Positions 8,697 through 18,177 of a stretch of DNA of 64,000 bases are shown here, piece by piece. The stretch is from Bacillota bacterium (lineage in GTDB: Bacteria > Bacillota > Clostridia > Christensenellales > DTU072). The stretch spans positions 135,108 through 199,107 of the forward strand of contig JAEXAB010000004.1 in the NCBI GenBank assembly GCA_023394875.1, given 5' to 3'. Both the position numbers and the translations under genes were made by a program. The stretch's first letter is position 1. Each line of letters opens with the position of its first letter. The notes beneath the pieces are model-generated. The model saw only the letters and a program-made list of their open reading frames with translations. It did not search any database and was not told the origin of the DNA.

Positions 8697-9535
8697 AAGA
8701 GCTTGTCTGTGCCGAAACTTCTATTAAACTAACAAAGTTTTTAGCAAAAAACCTTGTGGATTTGCCGTATTCCGCCATGCAAAAAACATTACGAAACGGC
8801 GATATAAAAATTAACGGCAAAAAAGTAAATAATGACGTTGTTATTGTTAACGGCGACGTAATTAAGATATATTATAAGGAACCTATAAAAGTTTTTCAAC
8901 CGAAAATTCATTACGAAGACGATAATTTGATTATTTTTTTCAAACCTGTCAAGATAGCAAGTCAAGGGGAGAACTCTTTTGAAAATAAAGTTAAAGAGTT
9001 TATAAACAATGATTATATTCTATGCCACCGCCTGGACACAAATACTCAAGGTTTAATAATTTTTGCTAAAAACGAAAATGCTTTTGAGGAAGTTAAATTA
9101 GCTTTTAGTAACAGAGAGATAGAAAAGCATTATTTTGCTGCGGTTTATGGAAAAATAGAAAAGGCGCAAACCTTTATTGATTATCTTGTTAAGGACAGCG
9201 ACAATTCCAGCGTTAAGATTTTTGCAAACGAAGTGCCTTTTTCTCAAAAAATAATAACCAAAGTTACTCCCTTGTCGTATTTTGATAACGTAACGTACTT
9301 GGACGTAGAACTGATTACGGGTCGGACACATCAAATAAGGGCGCATCTTGCGTTCAAGGGCTATCCTATAATCGGGGATAAAAAGTACGGAAAAGAAGTA
9401 ATAAACAGACAGTTTAAGCAAAAAACGCAAATGCTTATGGCTTATAAGTTAGTTTTTAAGTCTGATTTACCTATTTTCAAGGTATTCAAGAATAAAGAAA
9501 TTACCGCTGATTATTCTCATTTAACTGACAATTAA
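8693..9535 (+). CDS. RluA/RluD-family pseudouridine synthase with S4-like N-terminus
   Basis: HRLDTNTQGLIIFAK catalytic-Asp motif and GRTHQIRAHLA motif; ATGA overlap with nrdR. Confidence 0.88.
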   Translation: MKELVCAETSIKLTKFLAKNLVDLPYSAMQKTLRNGDIKINGKKVNNDVVIVNGDVIKIYYKEPIKVFQPKIHYEDDNLIIFFKPVKIASQGENSFENKVKEFINNDYILCHRLDTNTQGLIIFAKNENAFEEVKLAFSNREIEKHYFAAVYGKIEKAQTFIDYLVKDSDNSSVKIFANEVPFSQKIITKVTPLSYFDNVTYLDVELITGRTHQIRAHLAFKGYPIIGDKKYGKEVINRQFKQKTQMLMAYKLVFKSDLPIFKVFKNKEITADYSHLTDN

Positions 9536-9585
9536 ACAACTTTAATACTCCTTCGACATATATTGTATAGTGACACGGGAGCTAT

Positions 9586-10290
9586 ATGATATTGGAAGGT
9601 TTTTTTACTTTACTCAGTAATTTATTATTATTTACGTCCAGAATTGAGAATACCAATTCTTTTCCGCATCCGTTAAGCTCCGAAAAGGAAAAAGAATATT
9701 TGGAAAAATATCATAAAGACGGCGACATTGAGGCTAGGAATATCCTCATTAAACACAATTTGCGCCTGGTTGTTTTCATTGCCAAAAAATATGTAAATTA
9801 TCCCGACAATGAAGACCTTATTAGTATAGGTACAATGGGACTAATTAAGGCAATTAATACTTTTGATATGACTAAAGGCTCACAGCTTGCTACGTACGCT
9901 TCCAGATGTATAGAAAACGAAATCCTTATGACTATGCGAAATTACAAAAAAAGGTCGCAGGATATATCTATTTATGACTCCTTAAACAATAGAAGAAGCG
10001 GAGTGGAACTACCAATTATAGATTTACTTAAAACTGATGAGGAGAGCGTTTACAGTAGGATTGAAGACGAATTTCTCAATAAGTCCATAAATATATTGAT
10101 ACAAAAATATCTCAACGAAAGGGAGGCGGAAATTATTTTCCAGCGGTTTGGCTTATCTACCGGTATACCCAAAACCCAACAGGCCGTTGCCGACAGTATG
10201 GGAATATCAAGGTCATACATATCTAGAATAGAAAAGAGGGCGTTGGAAAAATTAAAATACGCAATCGAAAAGGAAAAGATGCAATTATAA
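9586..10290 (+). CDS. sigK: sporulation sigma factor SigK (pro-sigma-K), uninterrupted
   Basis: The N-terminus (LLLFTSRIENTNSFPHPLSSEKEKEYL) resembles the pro-sigma-K leader and cleavage region. It is followed by LIKHNLRLVVFIAKKY and ATYASRCIENEILM, as one contiguous ORF. Confidence 0.88.
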   Translation: MILEGFFTLLSNLLLFTSRIENTNSFPHPLSSEKEKEYLEKYHKDGDIEARNILIKHNLRLVVFIAKKYVNYPDNEDLISIGTMGLIKAINTFDMTKGSQLATYASRCIENEILMTMRNYKKRSQDISIYDSLNNRRSGVELPIIDLLKTDEESVYSRIEDEFLNKSINILIQKYLNEREAEIIFQRFGLSTGIPKTQQAVADSMGISRSYISRIEKRALEKLKYAIEKEKMQL

Positions 10291-10292
10291 CC

Positions 10293-10321
10293 AAAAAACC
10301 GCTGGATATCAGCGGTTTTTT
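10293..10321. terminator. bidirectional intrinsic terminator shared by sigK (+) and rnpB (-)
   Basis: AAAAAA-CCGCTG-gatat-CAGCGG-TTTTTT: a GC stem flanked by an A-run and a T-run, lying between the converging sigK 3' end and rnpB 3' end. Confidence 0.8.
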
Positions 10322-10327
10322 GATGGT

Positions 10328-10646
10328 GAGTTAATCTGTAAGCCGAGTTCTGTATTTGATGACCATCTATCTAGGCTTGCCGTTGCCGGCAAGCTCGAGC
10401 GAATTTATAAAGCAAGTCGGGCAAACTATGCGCTTCATATCTTGCATCAAGTGGGGTTTACACAGCCAATTTCGTTGCCGAACTGCTGGTACGCTCTTAC
10501 CGTACCTTTCCATCCTTACAAGCTTGCGCTTGCGGTTTATTTCTGTTGCACTATCCTTAAAGTTGCCTTCAGCGGACGTTATCCGTCACTCTGCCCTGTG
10601 ATGCTCGGACTTTCCTCATCTTGCGATGCGGTCATCTGATTAACTC
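10328..10646 (-). ncRNA. rnpB: RNase P RNA, bacterial type A
   Basis: The reverse complement contains GAGGAAAGTCCGAGC, ACAGGGCAGAGTGACGGATAACGTCCGC, AGTGCAACAGAAATAAACCGC, GGAAAGGTACGGTAAGAGCGTACC, GTAAACCCCAC, CCTAGATAGATGGTCATC and ACAGAACTCGGCTTACAG. The ends pair as P1 (GAGTTAATC / GATTAACTC). Ends are approximate, within a few nt. Confidence 0.93.
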
Positions 10647-10652
10647 AATAAC

Positions 10653-10681
10653 ATATTAGCACCAAACAACAAAAAAATCAA
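10653..10681 (-). promoter_or_regulatory. sigma-A-type promoter TTGATT-17-TAATAT for rnpB
   Basis: On the minus strand: TTGATT (10681-10676), 17-nt spacer, TAATAT (10658-10653). The predicted start falls about 7 nt downstream, at the 5' arm of P1. Confidence 0.65.
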
Positions 10682-10742
10682 GTATACGTAAAGTCGTTAC
10701 GGGAATAATTTTTACATATTTTGTAAAGCTTTTCGGGGTGAT

Positions 10743-13700
10743 ATGCTGATAATAGTTTTAATAATAGTCTGCTTTATGATATTGGCTTCGGCTTATTTTG
10801 CTAAAAAAGACCATCCTCAGGTGGCTTTTCGGCAAATGCGGGAACTGCCTATTGAAGAATTGATAAAATCCATTTCCGATTTGGGCAAAAATTTGCGTCA
10901 GACCGAAAAAGGCAAAGGCGTCAATTCTGTATTTATGTACAACATAATTAAAAAAGCCAACAGAATGATTGCAAAAAAGAACAGTCACAATCAGCCTTTG
11001 CAGGAAAGCGAAAAATGGCTTTATGAAAACTTTTATCTAATTTACCGCTATATTTTCGGTCAGCGCAGCCGTATGTATGACCTTCCGCATGTGGAGAATA
11101 TACCCAGAATAGTTATTTTGGCAAGACAGATAGTTGATAACTCTCTCAATTCTTTAAGTGAGGAGAGAATAAGAATAGTTTTAGAACAATTAAAGATAGT
11201 TTTACCTCTAAATTTTAATGAACTTAGAGAATTTGGCAATGCGATAGGTTATGCGGTTATTGAACAGTTATACATTTTATCTAAGCGCATACTTTATCAG
11301 GAAGAGTGCAAAAATAAGGCAAAAAAATACGGATATAATACCAAACTGATGAAAAGTGATGTGTATACCTATTATTTACTTTGCGGCGGAAATCTTACCG
11401 AAAGTGAAAAAACAAAACTGGAAAAAAGCGGAGTAATTACCAAAAATATATTACTTAGCTATAATAACACCATTTTACTCAACACCGATATGGCAAAAGG
11501 GCTTTTCGGGGCGTTGCGGGATATAAACAACCTTATGCCCATGCATATCGGCATTAAGTTTTTGGGCGCGTATCAGGAGTTATCGATTTTTAAGGACTTC
11601 AAAAGCGTGGATATCGCTACGCAGATTAGTTATTTTAATATTATCGAAAGTATAAGTGTAAATACGAAAATAAGCGAAACGTACGTCGCAAAAAAGCTCA
11701 TTGAATACGCCGAATATAACAACACCGACATAAGTAACGTACTTTATGATAATAAAAGGCAGTTCAAAGAGTATTTAAGAAACAACAAGCTTACAAAAAT
11801 AAGTTCGGTATCAAAAAGATGGTGCGAAAGGCTATATATTTCGGCTATAATCTTGTTAAGTCTTGTTTCTGCTGTAAGTATCAGTCTTTTTGTAAACCTA
11901 GTAATCGGTATATTGTCCTTTTTGCCCCTAATTTATATTTGGGAAAATTTACTTAACTACTTGTTAGAGCATACGAAAAATACCGCCGACACGCCTAAAA
12001 TGAACTATAAAAAAGTGCCGTATGAGCATAACGCTATGGTAGTAATCAGCGAATTTATAACATCATTTACACAATTTACCGAAAGTTTGCGCCATGCCCA
12101 AGTTATTTTGGACGGAAATAACGACAAAAACGTTCAAGTAACTATGCTTATTGACTTAAAAGGGGGTGATGCGCCCGTTGATCCCTTAAACTTTCAAATT
12201 GAAAATTATTTGCGTGAGCAGAATTTTGACAGTCGTTTTAATGTTTTTATCCGAAAAAAAGAGAAAATAGGCAATAAATATATGGGAAAGGAAAGGAAAA
12301 GAGGAGCTATCATGGCGTTAAACAAGCTTTTGATTACCAAAAACAATGCCGACTTTCAGTATATTTATAACGAAAATTTCGTAACTCCACGATATATTGT
12401 CACATTGGACGCCGATAATACCATGCTGCTTGGAGAAATTTTGGATATGGTAAATATGATGGCGCATCCGTATAACGCCAAATACGACCTTTTGGCAACG
12501 CAGAATAAATATAACCTGTATTCTATTAAAACCTGTTATTCTTTGCGTTTTATGAGCGACAGCGGGCTTAGCGGTTATCCTTTCTATACCGGACTTTATA
12601 AAAAGCTTTTTCAAAAAGAAATTTTCTGCGGCAAAGGTATTTACAGGCTCCTAAGTTTTTATAACAAACTTGAAGAAATAATACCTTCAAACAAAGTCCT
12701 TTCACACGATATTTTAGAAGGAAGCATATTGGATACCGGCAGCGGAAGCATAATTTTTGAGGATGCTCCCAGCGGATTTATTTCGGATAGAGAGAGAAGA
12801 AAACGTTGGCAAAGAGGGGATATTCAGCTCCTACCGTTTATAAAAAGCCGATGGAAGACCGACTGTGGAGAAGTTTGCGTAAAGGAAATTTCGCCGATTT
12901 ATAAGTTTATAATGGCGAAAAATATCTTAGTTAACCTAAAAGAGCTGTTTGTACTAGCGGCTATCGTTGTCGGGTTGTTTTTAGGTAATTATTTTTTGTT
13001 GTGGGGCTTGGGGTTGTTTGTAGTCCCTTATATAATAAATCAGATAAAAATTCTCCGTAACGTTACTAGAAAAGTTCGTCCTTGCTATATCGTAAAAAGC
13101 ACTATTTGTAACTTTTTGTTGATGTTGGAAGACTTTTTTATGCTTTCTTATTACGCAATAAGTAACGTTTGTATATTGTTTACTACCCTTAGAAGAATGT
13201 TATTAGGTAAAAAACTTCTGGAGTGGAAAACCTATTACAGCTCACAAAATTCCACGAAATTTGCTTCCTACGCGCAGGAATTTTGCATTCCTTTCCTTGT
13301 TTGTACCGTTATTTTCGGGGTGTTATGGTATTTTAACCCCGTTGGGTTATGGTTGCTTGCATATCTAGGTTTAAGCGTTATTGCTTATATTGAGTTATAT
13401 CTTTTCTCAAACAAAAAGCTTAAAGGAAAGAAAATTAAGGACGAAGACAGAGAGTTTTTAGGTAAAATTGCCGAAAAGACCTACAAATATTTTCAGTATA
13501 TGTCAAACGAAACAGGTTTGATAGCTGACAATCTGCAGATAAAGCCTTATAAGGGCTTAGCGAAGAATACATCTCCGACAAACATCGGTTTTTCTATGCT
13601 ATCCCACGTTTGCGCCTTTTATCTTAACTATATAAATATTGATGAAGCAACGTATGAACTAAATAAAATACTGGATTGTGTGGAAAATTTGCCGAAATGG

Positions 13701-16700
13701 AAAGGAAATCTCTATAATTGGTACAGCCTTAGCAGTCAAAAACAAGTAAACGACTTTGTGTCAAGCATAGACAGCGGCAATTTTTTGACTAGCTTATTGA
13801 TAATAAAGGAGTTTTTCAAAGAAAATAATGATATTGTGGGAGCAAAACGCGCCGAAAATCTGATTGAAGAAACAGATTTGGGCAGTCTGTACGATTCTTC
13901 CAAAAATTTATTCTATATCGGCTTTGACGGCTCCAAATTTGTGGGACATTATGACCTACTTGCTTCCGAAGCAAGAATATTGAGCACCGTTTTTATCGCA
14001 TTGTATCAGAAGAAATACCATTATCACGCTTTGCAAAGGGATTTTTGCGCCTATAACGGAAATACTTTGCTAAGTTGGAGCGGAACGGCATTTGAATACC
14101 TTATGCCCGATTTGTTTTTTGGTTCTCCAATGGGCTCATTACTATATAAATCTTCCAAAAATTCTGTCAAGGCGCAAATGGAAGAGGAATATAACGGTAT
14201 TTGGGGTATGAGTGAAAGCGCGTATTACCGTTTTGATGAAAATATGCTCTATCAATATTATGCTTTCGGTATAAATAGACTGTCCTTGCGGGGAGAAAAG
14301 CAGTACAGAGTTTACGCGCCATATGCTTCTGTATTAGGACTGGAATATTATCCCGAAGATACTATTAAGAACCTGAAACGGTTTTTCAAGCTGGATACTT
14401 TTAACGAATACGGCTTTTATGAAAGCGTAGAGTATAAAGAAAAGCTCCAAATTATAGCTTCCTATATGACTCACCATCAAGGAATGATACTAAGTAGCAT
14501 CACTAATTTTTTATGCGAAAATAAGTTAAAAAAATTATTACTAAATAATACGAAAATTGAAAGCGCACTCAATTTTTATAACGAAATCACTCCTATTGAA
14601 AAGTTTGGGGCAAAAACTCAAGTAAATCAAGTAAAATGTACAAAGAACAATATAGAGTATTACAAAAATTGTGCCAATATAGAACAATACTACCAATCTG
14701 CAGTATTATTTGACTTACAATACAGCGTTAATTTTACCTCTTTAGGCAAGAATTTTTCTAAGTACAGCGACTTGTTTTTAAGCGAATTTTCTCCGTTATA
14801 TGAAGAGCCGACGGGCGGATATTTCTTTGTAAGCGAAGATAAAAACGACTGGTATTCGCCGACTTATTTACCTCTTTGCGGGAAGGAAAGCGATCATACT
14901 TTTTGTTATAGCCATAACGAAATTACTCACGTTAACGTACCAAAAGACGCCACCCAGTCGGTTACTATCGTTGGAAACGCCAATATAGAAGTAAGAAAGC
15001 TTACCGTCAGCAAAAACGCCAGAAAGGCAGCTTTTTATATGGATATTGCTCTTAATAGCTTTGACGGATATTATTCTCACCCGGCTTTTAACGATATGTT
15101 TGTCAAAGCTAAACTATCCGAAGATAAAAAGGTACTGTTTATCACTAAGAGCAATTTAAGTAAGGTTATACCCGATTTTTGTATTGGAGTAAAGGTTTGC
15201 GGCATAAAAAATATACGTTGGGAGTGCAATAAAGCCAACTTTGTGGGCAGAAATCAAAGTTTGCGCCGCCCGAAAATGCTTTTTGATAGTGATAATGATA
15301 GGATATATCCCTCTTTAGGTGACGTTTTGAGCCCTTGTATCGGTTTTATCGGAGAACTGGAAGAGAGGGAAGACAAAAAGGAATGTAAAGTTAGTATTGC
15401 TTACGGCACAAATGAAAAGGAAGTCTACGATGCTTTGATGTATCTACCCGACGATATGTATTCTTATGCCGTTTTATCGGGGCAAAAGTATATTTTCAGC
15501 AACCTTACAATGGAGCTTTTAGGCGAACTTATTTATCTTCCTTATTCCCAAAAGTTCTATAATATGCTTTTAGACAGCGGAAATATGGGAAGATTTAATG
15601 GTTTTTCTCACGGCAGAAAACTGATATCTTATGAATTTTTTGAGGATAATACCGCTAATTTCGAACAGTTTTTGCGGATACTTGCCGATTTGAAAGTACT
15701 GAAAATTAAGGTTAAAGCAATAATCGAAGTTAGGAAAAATTTATCGGATAACTTAAAAAGTTATATCAAAAACGCTTTAGAAAAAAACCTAATTTACGAA
15801 TATTATATCCTTGAAAGCGGAAACGAAGAGCTTGACTGGGCATTTATAAAGCTAAATAATGCCCTTAATTTTTCTCCGACGAAAAAGATATATTCCAAGA
15901 TTTTTGATATAGAAAGGGAGAGCGCTAATATAGTAGCGGGTAAAATTCCCGCGCCTGCGGCGATAATTAGCAGCGGTTTCGGGGGATTTAACTATGACGG
16001 AGTTTATTTTCAGCAGAGTGAAATCCCGACCTATTTACCTTACAGCGCGGTAGTTGCCGACAAAAAAGGCGGTTTTTTATCAACAAACAACGGCGGTGGA
16101 TTCTTCTATTTTGAAAATTCCAGAGAAAACAAGATGACAAGGTTTGATAATAACTACGTTTTCGACCGTCCGTCAGAAGCTTTGTATATAAAAACGACCG
16201 AAGGTTACCACAGAATCAACGGCGGAAGCGGCATTAGTAGGCTAACCACGTTTGATAAAGCCCAAATAAACCATATAACCGATATAAATAAAGTAAACAC
16301 TTCGGTCACTCAATATATGATTTGCGAAGGAAGAATAAAAATAACCGAAATCGATATAAGGAATTATTCGGAAAATATTTTTGAACTGATATATTCTCTA
16401 TATCCGTCCTTGAATTGGGTATACAATCCCGACGTTATTACTTTTTCCCAAAAAAATGACCTTATTACGGTTACGAATACCCAAAATCAGACGTCGTTAT
16501 ATTTGCGCTTTATTGTGGACAATCCCGAAAATATTACGATAATGGGAGAAAGAGAGGTTTTGCCGTATTTTGAATACTATTCAGACAAAAATAACGAAAG
16601 TATATTCATTAGCGCTACGCAGGATATAAATTTGTGCCTGTCTATTAATCGTAATAATATTTATTTTTATCGGGAAAAAGCCTTGTCAGATATAGGATTC

Positions 16701-18146
16701 TTAGATAATATCAGCGTGGCTACCGAAAAGAAGTCGTTTGATTTGTTGGTAAACTTCTTGCCAAAACAGATATATTTTAGCAGAATACTGGGTAAATTCG
16801 GCTTTTATCAAGTTGGAGGGGCTACGGGCTTTCGGGATCAGTTACAGGACAGCTTAGCTTTTCTTCACCACGGAGAGATAACCAGAGAGCATATAATAAA
16901 CGCCGCAATGCACCAATATGAGAGCGGAGACGTAATGCATTGGTGGCATCATCCCAAGTTCGGTTTGCGGACGAAAATTACCGATGACAGGTTGTTTTTA
17001 CCCTATGCTGTGTGCGAATATATTGATTGGAGCGGAGATTTTGAGATTCTTAATTATCCTATACCTTATCTAAGCTCACCCGAACTTACTTTCCATGAAG
17101 AAAGCAGGCTAGAAAACCCCGAATACACCGAATATAAGGACTCTTTATTCCGACACTGTCTAAGAGCAATTCGGATTTCTCTAAAATACGGAGAACATAA
17201 CCTTATTGTTATGGGCAAAGGGGACTGGAACGACGGTATGGACGATATTTGCGGACTTGGTAGGGGAGAAAGCGTATTTAACAGTATGTTCTGCTATGAG
17301 GTGTTGACTAAATTTGCAAAAATCGCTCCCGCAGACTTAAAAGAAGAGATGCTTAACATTGCCGATGGGCTAAATAAAGCAATAAATTCCTATGCCTTTG
17401 AGGGCGACAGATATAAGAGGCTGTACAGTGACGATAACAGATGGTTTGGTAGTACCGAAAGTAAGGCATTAGAACTTGATTTGTTGGTGCAAAGCTATGC
17501 TGTTATTTCCGAAGTGGCTATAGGGAAAAGGGCGGAAACTGTGCTTGATACCGCAAAAAAGCTTATTGACACCGATGCGGGCATAATAAAATTATTAACT
17601 CCACCCCTTACAAAAGAGACCTATTTCGGGTATATTTCCGCCTATCCAAAAGGGGTAAGGGAAAACGGCGGGCAGTATACCCATGCGGCAATGTGGTATC
17701 TTATTGCTTTGACCAAAATTAATCGTCAGGACGAAGCTTTCGAACTGTTTCAGATGCTAAACCCAGTGGAAAAATGCCGCACAGAGGAAGGAAACAAGCG
17801 GTATATGGGAGAACCTTTTGTTTTAAGCGGCGATGTTTACAGCAACATAGACAACTACGGCAGAATGGGTTGGAGTTGGTACACCGGTAGCGCAGGCTGG
17901 GCGTATAAGCTAATAATTGAGAACTTTTTTGGTTTGGTTTTGCGTGATAAAAAGCTTAAAATACAACCGAAACTGCCCAAAAAACTTGATTATTCGGTAA
18001 TAACTTACCGTAACGGTGAGGCTTTATATACCATAGAATACCGCAAGAGCGATAAAAATCTAATAACCCTTGACGGAGAGATTATTGAGGGAGAAATAAC
18101 CCTGGAAACGACCGGAAAGTATAAAATAAATGTTGAAAGCATTTGA
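10743..18146 (+). CDS. cyclic beta-1,2-glucan synthase-like giant protein (GT84 glycosyltransferase, TM segments, alpha-barrel cyclase-like domain, C-terminal GH94 phosphorylase domain)
   Basis: 2467 aa. GT84-type motifs are KERKRGAIMALN, TLDADN (D556) and LSHDILEG...RRKRWQRGDIQLLPF (R688). TM segments follow. The middle domain has LIADNLQ...TSPTNIGF, GNLYNWY, SIDSGNF, DLLASEARI, WSGTAFEYLMP and WGMSESAY. GH94 motifs are GFRDQLQDS, GDVMHWWH, GKGDWNDGMD, ENGGQYTHAAMW and GEPFVLSGDVYS. Confidence 0.85.
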   Translation: MLIIVLIIVCFMILASAYFAKKDHPQVAFRQMRELPIEELIKSISDLGKNLRQTEKGKGVNSVFMYNIIKKANRMIAKKNSHNQPLQESEKWLYENFYLIYRYIFGQRSRMYDLPHVENIPRIVILARQIVDNSLNSLSEERIRIVLEQLKIVLPLNFNELREFGNAIGYAVIEQLYILSKRILYQEECKNKAKKYGYNTKLMKSDVYTYYLLCGGNLTESEKTKLEKSGVITKNILLSYNNTILLNTDMAKGLFGALRDINNLMPMHIGIKFLGAYQELSIFKDFKSVDIATQISYFNIIESISVNTKISETYVAKKLIEYAEYNNTDISNVLYDNKRQFKEYLRNNKLTKISSVSKRWCERLYISAIILLSLVSAVSISLFVNLVIGILSFLPLIYIWENLLNYLLEHTKNTADTPKMNYKKVPYEHNAMVVISEFITSFTQFTESLRHAQVILDGNNDKNVQVTMLIDLKGGDAPVDPLNFQIENYLREQNFDSRFNVFIRKKEKIGNKYMGKERKRGAIMALNKLLITKNNADFQYIYNENFVTPRYIVTLDADNTMLLGEILDMVNMMAHPYNAKYDLLATQNKYNLYSIKTCYSLRFMSDSGLSGYPFYTGLYKKLFQKEIFCGKGIYRLLSFYNKLEEIIPSNKVLSHDILEGSILDTGSGSIIFEDAPSGFISDRERRKRWQRGDIQLLPFIKSRWKTDCGEVCVKEISPIYKFIMAKNILVNLKELFVLAAIVVGLFLGNYFLLWGLGLFVVPYIINQIKILRNVTRKVRPCYIVKSTICNFLLMLEDFFMLSYYAISNVCILFTTLRRMLLGKKLLEWKTYYSSQNSTKFASYAQEFCIPFLVCTVIFGVLWYFNPVGLWLLAYLGLSVIAYIELYLFSNKKLKGKKIKDEDREFLGKIAEKTYKYFQYMSNETGLIADNLQIKPYKGLAKNTSPTNIGFSMLSHVCAFYLNYINIDEATYELNKILDCVENLPKWKGNLYNWYSLSSQKQVNDFVSSIDSGNFLTSLLIIKEFFKENNDIVGAKRAENLIEETDLGSLYDSSKNLFYIGFDGSKFVGHYDLLASEARILSTVFIALYQKKYHYHALQRDFCAYNGNTLLSWSGTAFEYLMPDLFFGSPMGSLLYKSSKNSVKAQMEEEYNGIWGMSESAYYRFDENMLYQYYAFGINRLSLRGEKQYRVYAPYASVLGLEYYPEDTIKNLKRFFKLDTFNEYGFYESVEYKEKLQIIASYMTHHQGMILSSITNFLCENKLKKLLLNNTKIESALNFYNEITPIEKFGAKTQVNQVKCTKNNIEYYKNCANIEQYYQSAVLFDLQYSVNFTSLGKNFSKYSDLFLSEFSPLYEEPTGGYFFVSEDKNDWYSPTYLPLCGKESDHTFCYSHNEITHVNVPKDATQSVTIVGNANIEVRKLTVSKNARKAAFYMDIALNSFDGYYSHPAFNDMFVKAKLSEDKKVLFITKSNLSKVIPDFCIGVKVCGIKNIRWECNKANFVGRNQSLRRPKMLFDSDNDRIYPSLGDVLSPCIGFIGELEEREDKKECKVSIAYGTNEKEVYDALMYLPDDMYSYAVLSGQKYIFSNLTMELLGELIYLPYSQKFYNMLLDSGNMGRFNGFSHGRKLISYEFFEDNTANFEQFLRILADLKVLKIKVKAIIEVRKNLSDNLKSYIKNALEKNLIYEYYILESGNEELDWAFIKLNNALNFSPTKKIYSKIFDIERESANIVAGKIPAPAAIISSGFGGFNYDGVYFQQSEIPTYLPYSAVVADKKGGFLSTNNGGGFFYFENSRENKMTRFDNNYVFDRPSEALYIKTTEGYHRINGGSGISRLTTFDKAQINHITDINKVNTSVTQYMICEGRIKITEIDIRNYSENIFELIYSLYPSLNWVYNPDVITFSQKNDLITVTNTQNQTSLYLRFIVDNPENITIMGEREVLPYFEYYSDKNNESIFISATQDINLCLSINRNNIYFYREKALSDIGFLDNISVATEKKSFDLLVNFLPKQIYFSRILGKFGFYQVGGATGFRDQLQDSLAFLHHGEITREHIINAAMHQYESGDVMHWWHHPKFGLRTKITDDRLFLPYAVCEYIDWSGDFEILNYPIPYLSSPELTFHEESRLENPEYTEYKDSLFRHCLRAIRISLKYGEHNLIVMGKGDWNDGMDDICGLGRGESVFNSMFCYEVLTKFAKIAPADLKEEMLNIADGLNKAINSYAFEGDRYKRLYSDDNRWFGSTESKALELDLLVQSYAVISEVAIGKRAETVLDTAKKLIDTDAGIIKLLTPPLTKETYFGYISAYPKGVRENGGQYTHAAMWYLIALTKINRQDEAFELFQMLNPVEKCRTEEGNKRYMGEPFVLSGDVYSNIDNYGRMGWSWYTGSAGWAYKLIIENFFGLVLRDKKLKIQPKLPKKLDYSVITYRNGEALYTIEYRKSDKNLITLDGEIIEGEITLETTGKYKINVESI

Positions 18147-18171
18147 CTTTAGCACATATTAAATATATTAT
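18143..18171 (+). promoter_or_regulatory. sigma-A-type promoter TTGACT-17-TATTAT overlapping the stop of the giant gene and abutting the rarA start
   Basis: TTGACT at 18143-18148 (contains stop TGA 18144-18146), 17-nt spacer, TATTAT at 18166-18171. The ATG at 18178 lies 7 nt after the -10, with no SD. Confidence 0.5.
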
Positions 18172-18177
18172 ATAAAT

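Noticed and set aside
9536-9585. CATATATT (9557-9564) upstream of sigK, considered as a sigma-E/sigma-K -10 element
   Set aside because: I could find no acceptable -35 element at the required spacing. A single AT-rich octamer in an AT-rich genome is not enough.
10356-10639. Two overlapping plus-strand ORFs (81 aa and 65 aa) in the sigK/giant-gene spacer
   Set aside because: They lie entirely within the minus-strand RNase P RNA gene, have no SD, and have odd composition. They are artefacts of a structured RNA locus.
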